Source: Thalassobaculaceae bacterium (lineage in GTDB: Bacteria; Pseudomonadota; Alphaproteobacteria; Thalassobaculales; Thalassobaculaceae). From it: a stretch of 64,000 bases of DNA. The translations under genes were made by a program, and so were the position numbers. Positions within the stretch are counted from its first letter, which is position 1. Every line of letters begins with the position of its first letter. The stretch lies in assembly GCA_965228875.1 (NCBI GenBank), contig OZ245843.1:1160616-1224615 (forward strand), given 5' to 3'. The notes below the pieces were generated by a model. That model was given only the letters and a program-made list of their open reading frames with translations. It ran no database searches and was not told the origin of the DNA. Of the stretch, positions 63,852 through 64,000 are shown one piece after another.

Positions 63852-64000
63852 CGGATCCTCGGTTCGGTTGCGGCGTCTAACAGTCGGGAAGTCGGTGGAG
63901 ACAGCGTCGGATCGCAGTCTCGGATTGTCTTGTCGCAAGAACAAGTGCGTGTGGTCCGCAGACCTCGAAAGCTTGCTTTTCAGGTATTCACCATGTTGGA

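Overview
A 64 kb segment of a GC-rich alphaproteobacterial chromosome; gene order and protein style suggest Rhodospirillales (inference, no search run). Bases 1-16 kb hold the conserved core block dapA-smpB / udg-NYN / folK-rpoZ-rsh-acpS-lepB-rnc-era-recO-parC / bpt, interrupted by two opposite-strand genes (DUF1835-like and TPR-FkbM). Next come an orphan motAB pair and a long minus-strand metabolic run: coxG, class III ADH, globin-MCP, form II coxSLM, ppa, PhyH-like dioxygenase, CoA-transferase, aldehyde dehydrogenase and Ntn acylase. These are followed by a cation antiporter, TPP-riboswitch-controlled thiXY, an HDAC, and tRNA-Pro and tRNA-Arg. After tRNA-Arg lies a compositionally atypical signalling islet (hybrid kinase, two CheY-like proteins, one unknown protein) that ends in a probable restriction-modification gene scar. 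The window closes with a sulfur/methyl region (DmdA-like demethylase, rhodanese, metC). The most notable observation is two SAM-II-like aptamers in tandem, separated by an intrinsic terminator, upstream of the DmdA-like gene. Also notable are a globin-coupled chemoreceptor with Asp at the proximal-His position and a candidate nhaA-I-like RNA. No CRISPR array, rRNA, transposase or integrase was seen. All calls rest on motif recognition by eye.
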